Positions 1-12,670 of a stretch of DNA of 64,000 nt are shown in pieces. Source of the stretch: Nemertoderma westbladi (lineage: Eukaryota > Animalia > Xenacoelomorpha); assembly GCA_032718475.1 (NCBI GenBank), contig JAUCBJ010007165.1, positions 15,094 through 79,093 on the forward strand, given 5' to 3'. Every line of letters begins with the position of its first letter. Within the stretch, counting starts at the first letter, position 1. The notes below the pieces were generated by a model. It had not been told where the DNA came from, did not search any database, and saw nothing but the letters and a program-made list of their open reading frames with translations. A program made the translations under genes and the position numbers.

Positions 1-632
1 GAGCATGTGGACGACTTCTGTTACCTGGGATCATGGATCCGGAAGTCAGGTGAGGACCTTCGAATACGTAAGGGAAAGGCATGGACAGCCTTGAATAGGC
101 TTTCCAGGATTTGGAAATCACCGAGAATTAATCGGAAACTTAAGGTCCGATTATTTAGAGCAGCAGTAGTTCCAGTACTCCTCTATGGGAGTCCATGCTG
201 GGCTCTAACTGCTGAGGACACCAAATCTCTGGATGGCACATTCACAAGAATGCTACGTCGGGTTCATTGTGTCAAGTACAATGCACACATCTCCAACCAG
301 ACACTATATAACATTGGAGGTGTCTCATTGGTTACCCCAAGCTTGACACTAGAACAAAATCGCCTCCGCTTTGCAGGACATTGCTTTCGCCGTGAGGACC
401 AGCCAGTGCATAATCTTGTACTTTGGCAGCCTCATGGAGTGAATAAGCATGGTGGACAGCCCATGACTTTCTTGAGACGCATCTTAAAGGACACTGGCCT
501 TAAAGATGCGGATGATCTAGCAAATGTCATGGGTGATAGGGAGTTGTGGCGGTGCAATTTTGTTGACAAGCCGGCACAGCATTCTTAAAAATGCAGCTGC
601 AATGCAGCATGCCGATCCTAGTAGTAGTAGTT
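1..632 (+). mobile_element. RTE-clade non-LTR retrotransposon 3' end (RT C-terminus/thumb, short 3'UTR, (TAG)n tail)
   Basis: ORF 7-588 has VDDFCYLGSWI, VLLYGSPCWALT, LDGTFTRMLR and RLRFAGHCFRR, typical of the RTE ORF C-terminus. It ends in cctagtagtagtag and is near-identical to 10331-10820 (minus). Confidence 0.9.
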
Positions 633-950
633 GATCAGCAAAATTTGCAAGAAATTTATTATGGTGGATCTCAGTTATGATATAGCATCCCTTCTTTACA
701 TAGATATAAAGATTCGCCCTTTTAATTTCAGATTCAGGATTGTCTACCATGTGTGGTTTTTAGTTAAGAATCCTTATGGAAGAAATGCTGGTCAGTAGTA
801 TCACAATGTAAACTCAACTCAATATCATCCTCCAATTTTTGAAGGACGTGTGAGGCATACATACATCTTTGCTTCACCGAACAATGAGTGGCATTAACCC
901 CTTTCTTTAGATATAAGAAGATCCTTTTGGGTGTCTCTCTTACCATCAGT
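633..950 (-). pseudogene. Divergent fragment of the same protein family as the Helitron-like ORF at 22.1 kb
   Basis: ETPKRIFLYLKKGVNATHCSVKQRCMYASHVLQKLEDDIELSLHCDTTD aligns without gaps to DTQKALLKYRKYGVYAAHCTAKQRSMYANHILERLEEDFDFGLHCETVD (ORF 22056-22733); 25/49 identical by hand count. Confidence 0.75.
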
Positions 951-1175
951 AGCCTGGAGTATTGTATTCATCACATACTGACTAATCTTCTGACTTATCT
1001 GAATCAACTTATTTACGAATGAATTTTTCATTACAGACCGACATTAAATTTTTTACCGACTATTACTGATTATAATTGTGCGCTAAGGCTCGCCCTGACT
1101 GCGTCGTGGCTGAATATTGACATTCCTACCGTACTGTATGTTCTCAGAGCCGTACCTGTGGGGGGGGGGGGGGAC

Positions 1176-1256
1176 ACAGCCGGCATTCTTAGCCGTATTC
1201 TTAAAAATGCAGCTATTCTTAAAAATGCAGCTGCAATGCAGCATGCCGATCCTAGT
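1176..1256 (+). mobile_element. Very short 5'-truncated copy of the RTE 3'UTR, between poly-G tracts
   Basis: attcttaaaaatgcagctgcaatgcagcatgccgatcctagt matches 581-622; its first 18 nt are tandemly duplicated. Confidence 0.8.
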
Positions 1257-2169
1257 GGGGGGGGGGAGGGGGGGGGGGTGGAGGCAAGTGCCACAAGACA
1301 CTGATTTGTGAAGGGCGCCAAATTAAAAAATTCGGGTTATGAGGAGTGGCAATATCATAACAAATTGAAAAAATAAATAACACCCTAATAAATACATATC
1401 AAAATAATTTAAGAATAAAAAAAAAGAAAACATTAATTATTTTATTACATACCGAATAAACCACATACAAACCATTTCAGTATTAAATCACCTAAGGCTT
1501 GCATCTACAATGCAACATTATTATTTAGTATATTTACAAGATCGTTTAAGTATTTTGGCTTTAAGGATATATTAGATATATTAGAGAAAAAGTTAAACTA
1601 AACTTTTCAAAGTTAAAGGTACCCTGAAGGCCAAGGAATCAAATACTTGGTGTAAAGAAATTGTATATTTATTGTCAATACGCCACGACCTCCACTGGTA
1701 TTGAAAATGGAAATACGTATGTTTCTTCCATTTATATTCATTTTATCCATAACAGCATTAGATAAGTAGGCCTACAATAGGGCTAGTAGTTGCTAGTAGC
1801 CTAATAGTAATAGATCAGTAGGCCTACGGTAGTAGTTGCTAGTAGGCCCAAAAATCAGGGCTCATAATCTCTTCATCTCATACTGTCAGCATTTGTAGCC
1901 TGATGCCGTCAGACATACCTGTCTCAGTGATGATAGTCCATGACCTTCGGCAATAAACAGCTATGACAATAAACAACTAATATGACCTGAATAATGTATT
2001 TGCTATGGTTATTTGGAAGCCTGGTAGAAGTCCAGCAGTATTTTTCCATTTTGGTTGATATCTCTTAGATTGTATTGCCCAATAATGTTGTGACTTATAT
2101 GCTGTGTCGTCTTCCTTGTTCCCATGTGTCCGTTAAAATCACCCAATATTAATAAATTTCCTTTACTTC

Positions 2170-2600
2170 CTGTACAATTTGAATATGTAGATTATCCATA
2201 AAATTTGCTAAAATTGGCCTAATATATGCCTAAACTATTGGTGTGATTAGATTAAATTAAATGATAAAGAAGGGATCTACAAGATCTTGTTGAGCTATTT
2301 GTTTCTGTAATTTCGTTGATAGCATATTTTCTGGAGCCTGTAATCCTGCTAATTCTGAATGACAATTCATCATGACCAGTAATGTAGATTTCACTACAAT
2401 AGTTGGCACATGCAAAGTATCAACGGCTGGTCTGTATTTTATATTAATAATAATTCTGATGGTACGAATCATATCTTTAGTAATTAGTGCTGGCACAGTC
2501 CTTCCTCTTTTCCCAACTACCTGCTGCCTGTAGTAGGTTGGTAGTTTATCTTTCTTTCGCTTTGTATCGTTTATCAAAATCTGATAACAACATTTTGGCA
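2170..2600 (-). pseudogene. Degenerate tyrosine-recombinase-like (Crypton-like) coding remnant
   Basis: GKRGRTVPALIT, PENMLSTKLQKQIA and, further downstream, LANFM resemble the GKRGRxVPVLLT / STxLRKHIAT / LAxFMGH motifs of animal integrase-like proteins. Confidence 0.6.
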
Positions 2601-2769
2601 GATCTTCGAATTAAGTGTTATTTAAATTTCTTAGTTGCTGCCCAAAAGTCAACCTTGTGGATTTTATGACCCTTGAGTCACTTTCCTATCCGAAAATGGT
2701 TCCAACAAATTAGCTGAGAAGGAAAATATATTATTTTGGCTTGGAGAACTGGTCGAAATTATCTTTTAA

Positions 2770-3858
2770 CCCTCCCCTGGTAACGTGGGGTAAAATAATA
2801 CCCCAAGAGGATTACTTTTGATATTTTTCGACAATCTCTCATAATATGTATGTCCAACTTCATAGTATCTTCCAAAAAACTTGTAATCTAACGATTGTGT
2901 GGGTCAAACCCATAAAATGTTGTTTATGAAAAATGTTATGGGCCCTTAATTTGAAAACAACTTAGTTAGGTAAGATGGGGTATAAAAATACCCCATAGTG
3001 TCATGGTGCTCATTTAGTGGTGCTTTGTGACTCATTTTGGTTTCATTGGAACCACAATGGTAGATTTAGTTGTACTAGACAGCTAGAGGCATGTTTTAAC
3101 TTTGACTTTTAAGACCAAATTATCAGTATTATGAAGCTACTGTATTGTGAGGCCTGTATTTCACAAGCCAAGACTTCAGCCTAATCGCGATGCGATAGAT
3201 TGCTAAGTATATGCGAATAATTCTTATTGTAGGCTTTCTTAGAGGTGTTCTGGCCTTTTGGGTCTCATTTTGGGTTCATTGAAACTGCAATGTATAATTT
3301 AGTTGCACAATAATCACATTTTATGACCAAATCATCAGTACTTTTGCAGTCATGGTGTATATTTCATATTACAATTCAAGATCTTGTGCTATTGCGAGGT
3401 GATATTACAATTCAAGATCTTGTGCTATTGCGAGGTGATATATCTGTATATATATATCACTTTGTTGACTTTTAGTGGTGGTATTTGACTCATTTTATGC
3501 TTATTGGAAGTGCAATGGTATACTTCAGGGTGTACTTGACCCATAACACCACTAAAAAACCTAAAATGAGAAACACTCTCACAGCTAATGCTTTGCTATG
3601 ATAGTATCTTGTTGCAAAACGCCCCATCACGACGTTAACGATGATCGCGATTGTAGTGGGATAACTTGTGTGGCATTGAGCGTTGGGTAGACTTCAACCA
3701 AATTGTAAAAAAAAGTTCACAACTTATTTTTTCACCATTTGGCAAATTCTGGGAGGGGGATTGTAAGTGTTTTTCTGTTTAATGTTACTTAAAATGTCTT
3801 ATCAATTTGGGGTATAATCAATTTGGGGTATAAAAATACCCCATGTTACCGGAGAAGG
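2770..3858. mobile_element. piggyBac-like MITE with degenerate TIRs
   Basis: Left TTAA|ccctcccctggtaacgtggggtaaaataatacccca and right tggggtataaaaataccccatgttaccggagaagg|ATAA are imperfect reverse complements. The ggggta..tacccc hairpin recurs internally near 2976. Confidence 0.55.
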
Positions 3859-4196
3859 ATAATTTTTTACCATAACGGGGGAGGGTTCAAAAGAGTTTAA
3901 CAAGCAACAAAGGTGTGTGCTTAGGCTTAGATTAGATGCTGTTATGGAAAACACTGAGGAATTCAGAGAGAGAAGCAGAAGGAAGGATATTCCAAAGTTG
4001 CTAGAGATAGTAGTACAGGCATCTGAAAGTCTGTCAGTCTGTAGGCTCATCTTATGTAAACGGTAGTAGTATCCAACCAAGTCAAATCAAAATACTGAGG
4101 AGTTGTACAATACAATATAGTATAAAATAGATGATTAATAGTTCGTAATTGACTGGACTACAGCTCTTCGAGTATCTCTCATAGCAGGTGTTTTGA

Positions 4197-4440
4197 TCAA
4201 CCGACTTTTTGTGATATGGATGCATGGTTTAGAGGTCTTCGGGTATCTCTCGCATTGGGTGTTTCACTCGACTGAGTTAACTCTGTGGCATCACAGTTCA
4301 AGACAATCCTAGTCTTGCTTTGCTCAATGGTTTCCCTCCTATGAAAAGCTACTTGCTTGGCCCTAATTTGAGCTTGATGTTCCACAGTGGAGTGTTTTGC
4401 CTTTCTCTGGGTCAAGCAGTATCGCCTTTTAGGGAGGCAT
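4197..4440 (-). pseudogene. Possible Helitron N-terminal (ETxEQ..R repeat) fragment
   Basis: STVEHQAQIR / RRETIEQSKTR / SETPNARDTRR resemble the repeats at Helitron RepHel N-termini. Weak. Confidence 0.3.
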
Positions 4441-4769
4441 ACCGTCTGACTGTACTGCAACCGCACTGCAACCGCACTGCAACCACACTGCACTGGTAGG
4501 CTAGATACCGGTCTACCAGCAGACTATACAGGCAGACAGATAGATAAAATACCAAGGTTAGCGTTCTCCTGGTAGCGGTAGGAGGTCAGTAGGTGACATA
4601 CCAGCATACAGGCATACAGTACTGATATACACTGATACAGTACCATTAATACTGCAGTACTGCTGCAGCACTGCAGGCAATACAATACATGTCAACATGT
4701 AATAGAGCAATGCATTATGCATTGTAAGTAATGTATATAACGTATTGTAATATAAATGTATTGTATGTA

Positions 4770-5310
4770 ACTGTCAGGGTCAGATATCCAGGTCATAGAT
4801 ATCCTCTGTCCAACCAGCTACCCCATAGATGCCGTTTAGATATCCCCTGTCCAACCAGCTACCCCATAGATGCCGTTTAGGTTATAGAAGGCACACCACC
4901 GATACTACCAATCTCCTTTATGGATTTATGCCTTTGTGGCACAGATTCCAAGGGACCAATCGTTATCTCTATTGTATGAGGAGATAGGGGATCCATTGAG
5001 GTAGACACTCTTACCAGGACTCCATTATTAAGTCCAGGACAAGTATTAAGTCACCAGCAGTACTGTTGAATCCAGATATATCTAGAGTGTAACTAGTGGT
5101 AAAATGCCCATAATGGGGCTAATGCTGTGGACGCCACACCGCAGCATGCAGTGTATTTATTAGTTTATATTTAGGAGAAAGCCATCATGAGCAAGGGAGC
5201 ATGGCTCCATCCTCGACCCGGATAACATAGTCCACCTCCCACTCTGATGGCATGGCCATAGCAGGAACCATGTAACCATCCAACAATCATCTGATTGGTG
5301 GTCACTCACA
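4770..5310 (-). pseudogene. Fibrinogen-related domain (FReD) pseudogene, copy 1
   Basis: Paralogous to 6630-7160; frameshifted; retains RDNDW..C, NLNGIYG and an upstream SGRWTM (GGWTV-like) segment. Confidence 0.7.
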
Positions 5311-6609
5311 TAGAATCGAACCTTGGGTCCACAGATAGTCTCCTCCAATGCACCAACCTAGGGAGGATTTCTGCCCATAACACATGTCACATTATTCAGA
5401 GTATTCCCGTATCATCCCTTCAAATTGTCAATACCAAACTGAGCTGTTATCACAGAGATCATTACCACCAAAAATCAGAACGATGGCACAAGGTCTATCT
5501 ACTCTGCCATTTGGACATAACCTCCTGTGGGTTGTGGGTAGAAAAAACCCTCCCTGAATGCCACACAAACCGAGCTTTAGCAACTGTTGAAAACAGGCCA
5601 ATATTATGATTGTGAGTTAAACATTCCCTCCCTGTTGATAAATCTAAGGAGATAATCTGTGTGGGAAGAACCCACAACTCGAATGTCTTGAATGATGTTG
5701 CGTTCACATCAAGGAACTGAGTGTAATGAATTACGAGTATGTGGCATTATTCGAGATTTGTAATAGTAGTTATCGACATATAAAATAAGTGCATTCCTTT
5801 TATATGAGCTGGATCTTTTATATGAGATAAAATTGAAGAAGAAACAACTATATGGTACAGTGCATTTATTATTTACTAGGAAGAAATTTGTTTTAGTTAC
5901 AATTAATTATAACTTTAGCTTGATCAGCATACTTTGTCATGATGAGTTCACCAAAGCCTAACTAACCATTAGGTTTAAAGCCAATAATTAAATACACATT
6001 GAAGTGCGTTGCTTCAAGGGTAGCTAATCAATCTTCTTGCCTGAAACATTTGCTTGAGTGTAAAGCTGTACCAAAATTTGATATTTTTTATGTTGTGATC
6101 AGGCTACTGAATAATTTGAATCATCGGAATGAGTTAAACAAAATGTCTAAACATAATACTCTCCTTTGAGTTTATGCTCATCTGGTCAGAGATTTAAACA
6201 ATCAAAAACATATAAAAATAAGTAATTTAAGATGCAGAAATTCATACGTGCATTAACATAAATTACTATTTAATTTACAGCACACAACAACAGAGCAATA
6301 GGGCACAATGCTGCGAAGTGTTATCTAATGCCCTAATAATATATCAGATTACAGTTTAATTTAGGTGAGAATCAGTTGAACTTTGGTTCAATTTTCTCCT
6401 GAAGAAGTTTTCATCTTGATTACATTGAAAGTTCCACCATATCTGAAAGTTGTTCTCTAATTTCAATAGTAAATTTGAAAAAAAAATAAAAGATTTGATA
6501 TAATAGTTAATTAAGTTTAAAAAAAATTGATAAAGTAAAAAAATTGGTGGTCTTTTTTAAGTGAAATATAAATCCTTTCCTAACTTTCCTCTAATTCATC
6601 CATTGGTAC

Positions 6610-7160
6610 GTAACTGTAAGGGTCAGTGAATGGTACGTAACTGTCAGGGTCAGTGAATGTGTTCCAATAGATCTCCCCTGTCCAACCAGCTACCCCATAG
6701 ATGCCGTTTAGATATCCCCTGTCCAACCAGCTACCCCATAGATGCCGTTTAGGTTATAGAAGGCACACCACTGATACTACCAATCTCCTTTATGGATGGT
6801 GGCACAGTTTCCAAGGGACCAATCATTATCTCTATTGTATGAGGAGATATGAGATCCATTGAGGTAGACACTCTCACCAGGACTCCAAAAAAGTATTAAG
6901 TCACAAGCGGTACTGTTGAATCCAGATATATCTAGAGTGTAACTAGTGGTAGAATCCCCAATAATGGGGCTAATGCTGTGGACGCCACACCACAGCATGC
7001 AGTGTATTTAGTAGTTTATATTTAGGAGAAAGCCATCAGGAGCAAGCGAGCATGGCTCCATCCTCGACCCGGATAACATAGTCCACCTCCCATTCTGATG
7101 GCACAGCCATAGTAGGAACCATGCAACCATCCAACAATCGTTTGATTGGTGATCACACAC
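6610..7160 (-). pseudogene. Fibrinogen-related domain (FReD) pseudogene, copy 2
   Basis: IGDSTTSYTLDISGFNSTACD..LNGSHISSYNRDNDWSLGNCATIHKGDW*YQWCAFYNLNGIYG..GEIYWNTF matches the fibrinogen C-terminal consensus, with a TGG>TAG stop in GGWWY. Confidence 0.8.
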
Positions 7161-7502
7161 CTAAAATCTACTCACCTGGATCAAAGCAAAGGATATATTA
7201 CAATATAATGAAATATCAAAATATGTAGTTTTAACAGGAGTAACAACCAAGTGTTGTGCACCCTGTTTATGGGCCTTTATGCTGGGTGGGGGAGGTTCCA
7301 CAGGGTTCTGGCCATTGCCCTGGTGATGGGCAACTGCGCTGGGTGGCCTGTTTATGGGAAACTGCAATGCATGGGGAAGGTTCGACAGGGATCTCACCAT
7401 TACCATGAAAATGGACCGCATGACTCAAAATAACATTCCACATATTGGAAAGAGAGTGTTGGCAAAGTTCATCATATATAGTAATAAGTTAGGTAAGATT
7501 AT

Positions 7503-7791
7503 AACTTGGAAGTGGCCATCCTGCTTTAATCGGCTTTGGACGATTAATAAAGTAAATAACTCACCTTTAAATGTACTTAAAATAAACTTGGAAGTGGCCA
7601 TCCTGCTTTAATCGGCTTTGTACGATTAATAAAGTAAATAACTCACCTTTAAATGTACTTAAAATAAACTTGGAAGTGGCCATCCTGCTTTAATCGGCTT
7701 TGTACGATTAATAAAGTAAATAACTCACCTTTAAATGTACTTAAAATAAACTTGGAAGTGGCCATCCTGCTTTAATCGGCTTTGTACGATT
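7503..7791. repeat. 82-bp tandem repeat, about 3.5 copies
   Basis: aacttggaagtggccatcctgctttaatcggc recurs at about 7503, 7585, 7667 and 7749. Confidence 0.95.
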
Positions 7792-8872
7792 ACTCATTTA
7801 TATTTATGCTCATTTATATTTATGCTTTTTTTATAACCAATAGAGGATACGACATTATGATTTTTAGTTTATTTATCTCAATAATAATTATATATTTAAG
7901 TTTTAATTTCAAGTTTCTCTTTGAGTAAAGTTTTTTTAATTTCAAGTTTCTCTTTGAGTAAGTAAGATTTTCAAGTTATCATTCTATTTACTTGATTTAT
8001 AAAAATGTCTTTATATTGTAATTTTATCCATGTTTTCCCCACCCATATTTAATTTGGGGGGGGGGGGGGGGGTCGATGAATATTTTATTGGTGGTTTATG
8101 CTTAGTTCTCGAGATAACCTTCTACTCACTCCTCAAAAATCCTGAAACCAGTTCAGCTAGGTTTGTTGGATTGGCTGTGTTAGCACGGCCGGGTTGATTT
8201 GAGTACTCCACGGACATTACACTCCCTGCCAGTGTGTGGTCCATACATCCGGTAAGCAACCGAGGGTGCACTCTCTAAAGCCGAGTGGGGGCAATTTATA
8301 ATAACTGGTAATCACAAACCCCGTCCTCTTATAAGTAAGTAGTTAAATGAGCGAATTTGGTTTGGTTTTCTTAATCTATCATAATTTAGGAGTAAAGGAG
8401 ATGGTTATAGACCCAATTGATAAAGTAACATTATTATTCATTATTAGCGTGATATAAGATATATTAGAGTGATATAAGATTTTGAGTGAAATACATAATT
8501 TGTAATTATCTTCTGATTTAGTTGAGTCAAATGTACCTTAGTAAGTTATTTCACACTATAAGATAACTAGATATGATGGGTGTTTTTAATGGATGATAGT
8601 AAGCAAATGCATTTTGTTTTTTAAAGCAATCATATATATATATACATGTATCCAACACGAACCATTATGGTCACTATTTGGAAAGCTGTTATGAAGCTTC
8701 TTTTTTACTTATAATCGTATAGCAGGCATCAAAATGCAGGTTAACAAAGGTCATTATTTAAATGTGAACAAAAAAAATTCAAATCAATTCCTAAAAAACG
8801 ACTAAACTTAAAAAATAAGCCAATGACCATATGGTACCTTGATGTAAACAATACTACCATGTGTTTCAACTT

Positions 8873-9070
8873 GAAGTTAACCATATTGTGTATCATACCG
8901 ATAGTTTAATTAATTATTCTGTTTGCGGGGCGAGCCACATAGTCTGTGAATTTAGTTTGTGAGAATTGTCCGAAGTTAACCATATTGTGTATCATACCGA
9001 TAGTTTAATTAATTATTCTGTTTGCGGGGCGAGCCACGTAGTCTGTGAATTTAGTTTGTGAGAATTGTCC
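8873..9070. repeat. 99-bp tandem duplication
   Basis: gaagttaaccatattgtg...gagaattgtcc occurs twice. Confidence 0.95.
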
Positions 9071-9250
9071 GTCTGTCCATCTGGCTCAATATTTGAAAGT
9101 CAATAATTATCTTAATTTTTCAAACAAAATGTTTAGAAAGTTTTAAGAATTACATCTAATTTCTTTCAGAGGAGGCTCCGTAAATCACGACGTTCACAGT
9201 TTCAGTTTTCACAGTCGGTAATGCCTATTTGCCTAATTGCTACGCCCGAA

Positions 9251-10160
9251 GTTGACAACCTGAAACGACCTTGGAAAACTATCACCCCTCCCTATCATAG
9301 GACTGTAAACATTCTGGAAGGCCAACGAAACTTCTAATAGTTTTATAAAGGGAATCAGTGGTATTTCCGCTCTTTATTGACAAATAAAGAAAGTTGGTAT
9401 TTTATAATGTTTTGATCATATCATTACAGAAACAAACAAAAATAATTAACACGGAAGGACACAAAGCACAATTTTTACAAAAGTACAAAATCGATTAAAA
9501 CTCGACAATGATATCAAAATATTAATGATTGAGAAATTTATGGTTTATTAAAAATGCAAATCATTGAAAAATATTACACAAAATTACTAAATTACATGCA
9601 CAAAATTGCCACGCCGGAAGTTTGCCAGGTTGACAACCTGAAACTACCTTGGAAAACTATCACCCCTCCCTATCATAGGACTGTAAACATTCTGGAAGGC
9701 CAACGAAACTTCTAATAGTTATATAAAGGGAATCAGTGGTATTTCCGCTCTTTATTGACAAATAAAGAAAGTTGGTATTTTATAATGTTTTGATCATATC
9801 ATTACAGAAACAAACAAAAATAATTAACACGGAAGGACACAAAGCACAATTTTTACAAAAGTACAAAATCGATTAAAACTCGACAATGATATCAAAATAT
9901 TAATGATTGAGAAATTTATGGTTTATTAAAAATGCAAATCATTGAAAAATATTACACAAAATTACTAAATTACATGCACAAAATTGCCACGCCGGAAGTT
10001 TGCCAGGTTGACAACCTGAAACTACCTTGGAAAACTATCACCCCTCCCTATCATAGGACTGTGAAACATTCTGGAAGGCCAACGAAACTTCTAATAATTA
10101 TATAAAGGGAATCAGTGGTATTTCCGATGAATTCTGTCTTTATGGACAAATAAAGAAAGT
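9251..10160. repeat. About 379-bp tandem repeat, about 2.4 copies
   Basis: ttgacaacctgaaac..ccttggaaaactatcacc at about 9252, 9631 and 10008. Confidence 0.92.
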
Positions 10161-10330
10161 TAGCGTTTCCGGTAGTATTTTATAGTATTTAACCGGGCAT
10201 ATATTTGCATTCTCGCTCTTCCCTGGAAAAAGCTGCCTAACTTTCGCTATCTTATAGCTGTTTCTAGGCATCCTCGCCCCCTTAATCTCGTCCCGGAAGA
10301 CATCAACCAGTCTTTGGTTGGATCGGGAGT

Positions 10331-12160
10331 GTCCTTTAAGATGCGTCTCAAGAAAGTCATGGGCTGTCCACCATGCTTATTCACTCCATGAGGCTGCCAA
10401 AGTACAAGATTATGCACTGGCTGGTCCTCACGGCGAAAGCAATGTCCTGCAAAGCGGAGGCGATTTTGTTCTAGTGTCAAGCTTGGGGTACCAATGAGAC
10501 ACCTCCAATGTTATATAGTGTCTGGTTGGAGATGTGTGCATTGTACTTGACACAATGAACCTGGCGTAGCATTCTTGTGAATGTGCCATCCAGAGATTTG
10601 GTGTCCTCAGCAGTTAGAGCCCAGCATGGACTCCCGTAGAGGAGTACTGGAACTACTGCTGCTCTAAATAATCGGACCTTAAGTTTCCGATTAATTCTCG
10701 GTGACTTCCAAATCCTGGAAAGCCTATTCAAGGCTGCCCATGCCTTTCCCTTACGTATTCGAAGGTCCTCACCTGACTTCCGGATCCATGATCCCAGGTA
10801 ACAGAAGTCATCCACATGCTCAAGCATACCATCTTTTGAGCTTATGCTCATCCGATCAGAGACTTGCTGAGGACTTTCAAAGTGAACTGTCAAAATTTTG
10901 GTCTTTCTGGAGTTAATCAAAAGACCAACACTAGAAGCAGCATGTTCTAATGAGCTGAGGAGCCGTTGGGCTCCCTCTAATGATTCTGAGAGTACTCCTA
11001 AGTCATCAGCAAAGTCTAGATCAGTTAGGTACTTGGCAGGATTTCCTCGACTTCTGGAGCCAGTAGGTGGAGTTATCATCACCCCATCATCATTATGATG
11101 ATCTAAGGACATGCGTAGAACATAGTCAACCACAATAATGAACAAGAATGGTGCAAGTGTGTCTCCTTGGAGGATGCCCCATAACACTTCAAATGGTTCT
11201 GTGTCACCGTCAACAGTAGACACAAATGTTGTCGAACCATCGTATACTGATCTGATTGCTGCAATAATTTCATCAGGAATCCCATATAATGAAAGTATGC
11301 TGAACATACGTTAGCGAGAGACTGAATCAAAGGCCTTGAAGAAGTCAACAAAGATAACAGCCAGATGCCTGTCTTTCTTTTTTGATAATTCTTCAGTTAT
11401 CCTTCTAAGTGCCAAAATGGGCTCCATGGTTCCACGACCTTTGCGGAACCCATTCTGATTTCCACGGAACAGTCTCTCAATGGGATCCCTGATGCGATTT
11501 AATAGAATCCTATTGTATAGCTTTGCAGCAATCGAGATCAATGAGATTCCCCGAAAAGAACCATAGAGTGTTAGGTTGCCCTTCTTGGGAACTGGCACCA
11601 ACTTATTTGTTTTCATTTCTTGTGGGACTCTTGTTGTTTGGTACATGTCTACTATGATGGGATAGATGAGCTTTAAACACTCAGGTATTTTAAAGACCTC
11701 AGGGGGAACACCATCTACTCCACTGGCACGATTGGTCTTAATGCTCTTTGCAGCAGCCTTCACTTCTGCAAAGGAGATATCGCCAATGGGAATATCTGGG
11801 AGTACAGACTCAGACACTTTTACTTCTATAAAGTTATCAGGCAATACCCTGTCATTATTGAGGAGCTTTTCAAAGTGGGCTTTCCAACCATTGAGGCGAT
11901 CGGCTGGTGATTCGGCCTTAACCTTGGTGGTTGGTTGGCTTTTCCGCCCAGTAAGCAGATTGATCAATTTCCATGCCTGGGATGATTGCCTGCTGTCGTC
12001 AGCATCATTGATGGCATCAACCTGTTGGTCTATTAGCTCCTGTAGATTAACAGAGTACTGCCTGTTCAGGGACCTAGATGCAGCCTTAACTGCATTCTTG
12101 GCCACTGTAGTCTGTTTGAGTCCGGACTCTTTCTGCGCCTTATGAAGGTGTATATTATGC
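10331..12160 (-). mobile_element. RTE-clade LINE, 5'-truncated; RT interrupted by a stop (11311) and a frameshift (about 10490)
   Basis: ASGVDGVPPE, VPKKGNL, FRGISLISIAAKLYN, QNGFRKGRGT, FVDFFKAFDSV, GILQGDTLAPFLF and the FADD catalytic motif. Confidence 0.93.
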
Positions 12161-12220
12161 ATACGTTAACAATGACCAAACACTGGAGTCTTTCGGTAAA
12201 GGTAATTCACGGCATTCAGA

Positions 12221-12670
12221 TTACCGACAACCGAATGGGGGAAGACTTTGGTGCCCGGGTGGTGCCAGGGTGGCAATAGCATGGGGATGGAGGAATGGAT
12301 GCTGGTTGGCCTTGGCTGATATCTTTTCCTTGTTTTCCTTCCGTTTTTTAATCCGTTTGTTCGTTTTAGATTTAGGGTTGGGCTTGGGAGTATGAGGGTT
12401 GGAAGTATGGGTGTTGGGAGTATGGGGGTTAGGAGTATGGGGATAGGGAGTAGGGGGGTTAGGAGTATGGGGATAGGGAGTAGGGGGGTTAGGAGTATGA
12501 AGGTTGGGAGGATGCAGGTTGGGGGGATGCGGGTACGAAGGAGACAGGAACGAATGAGGTGGGTATGAAGGAGACGAGTACGGGTATGGGTACGGGAACG
12601 GGAACGGGTACAGATACTGGTATGGGTAGGGATAGTAGGGATTGCATAGGCCTATCGAATTTTCCATCAT
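12221..12670 (-). CDS. Hypothetical Tyr/Pro/His-rich protein with a basic NLS-like patch (149 aa), associated with the Helitron-like element
   Basis: ATG start; (YP)n and PHTPNP repeats; KRIKKRK. TATATA lies about 125 nt upstream. The N-terminus is repeated at 15180-15263. Confidence 0.4.
   Translation of the reverse strand: MMENSIGLCNPYYPYPYQYLYPFPFPYPYPYSSPSYPPHSFLSPSYPHPPNLHPPNLHTPNPPTPYPHTPNPPTPYPHTPNPHTPNTHTSNPHTPKPNPKSKTNKRIKKRKENKEKISAKANQHPFLHPHAIATLAPPGHQSLPPFGCR

Noticed and set aside
11666-12145. Antisense ORFs over RTE, UPF2 and AIMP2
   Set aside because: Shadows of real coding sequence on the opposite strand.
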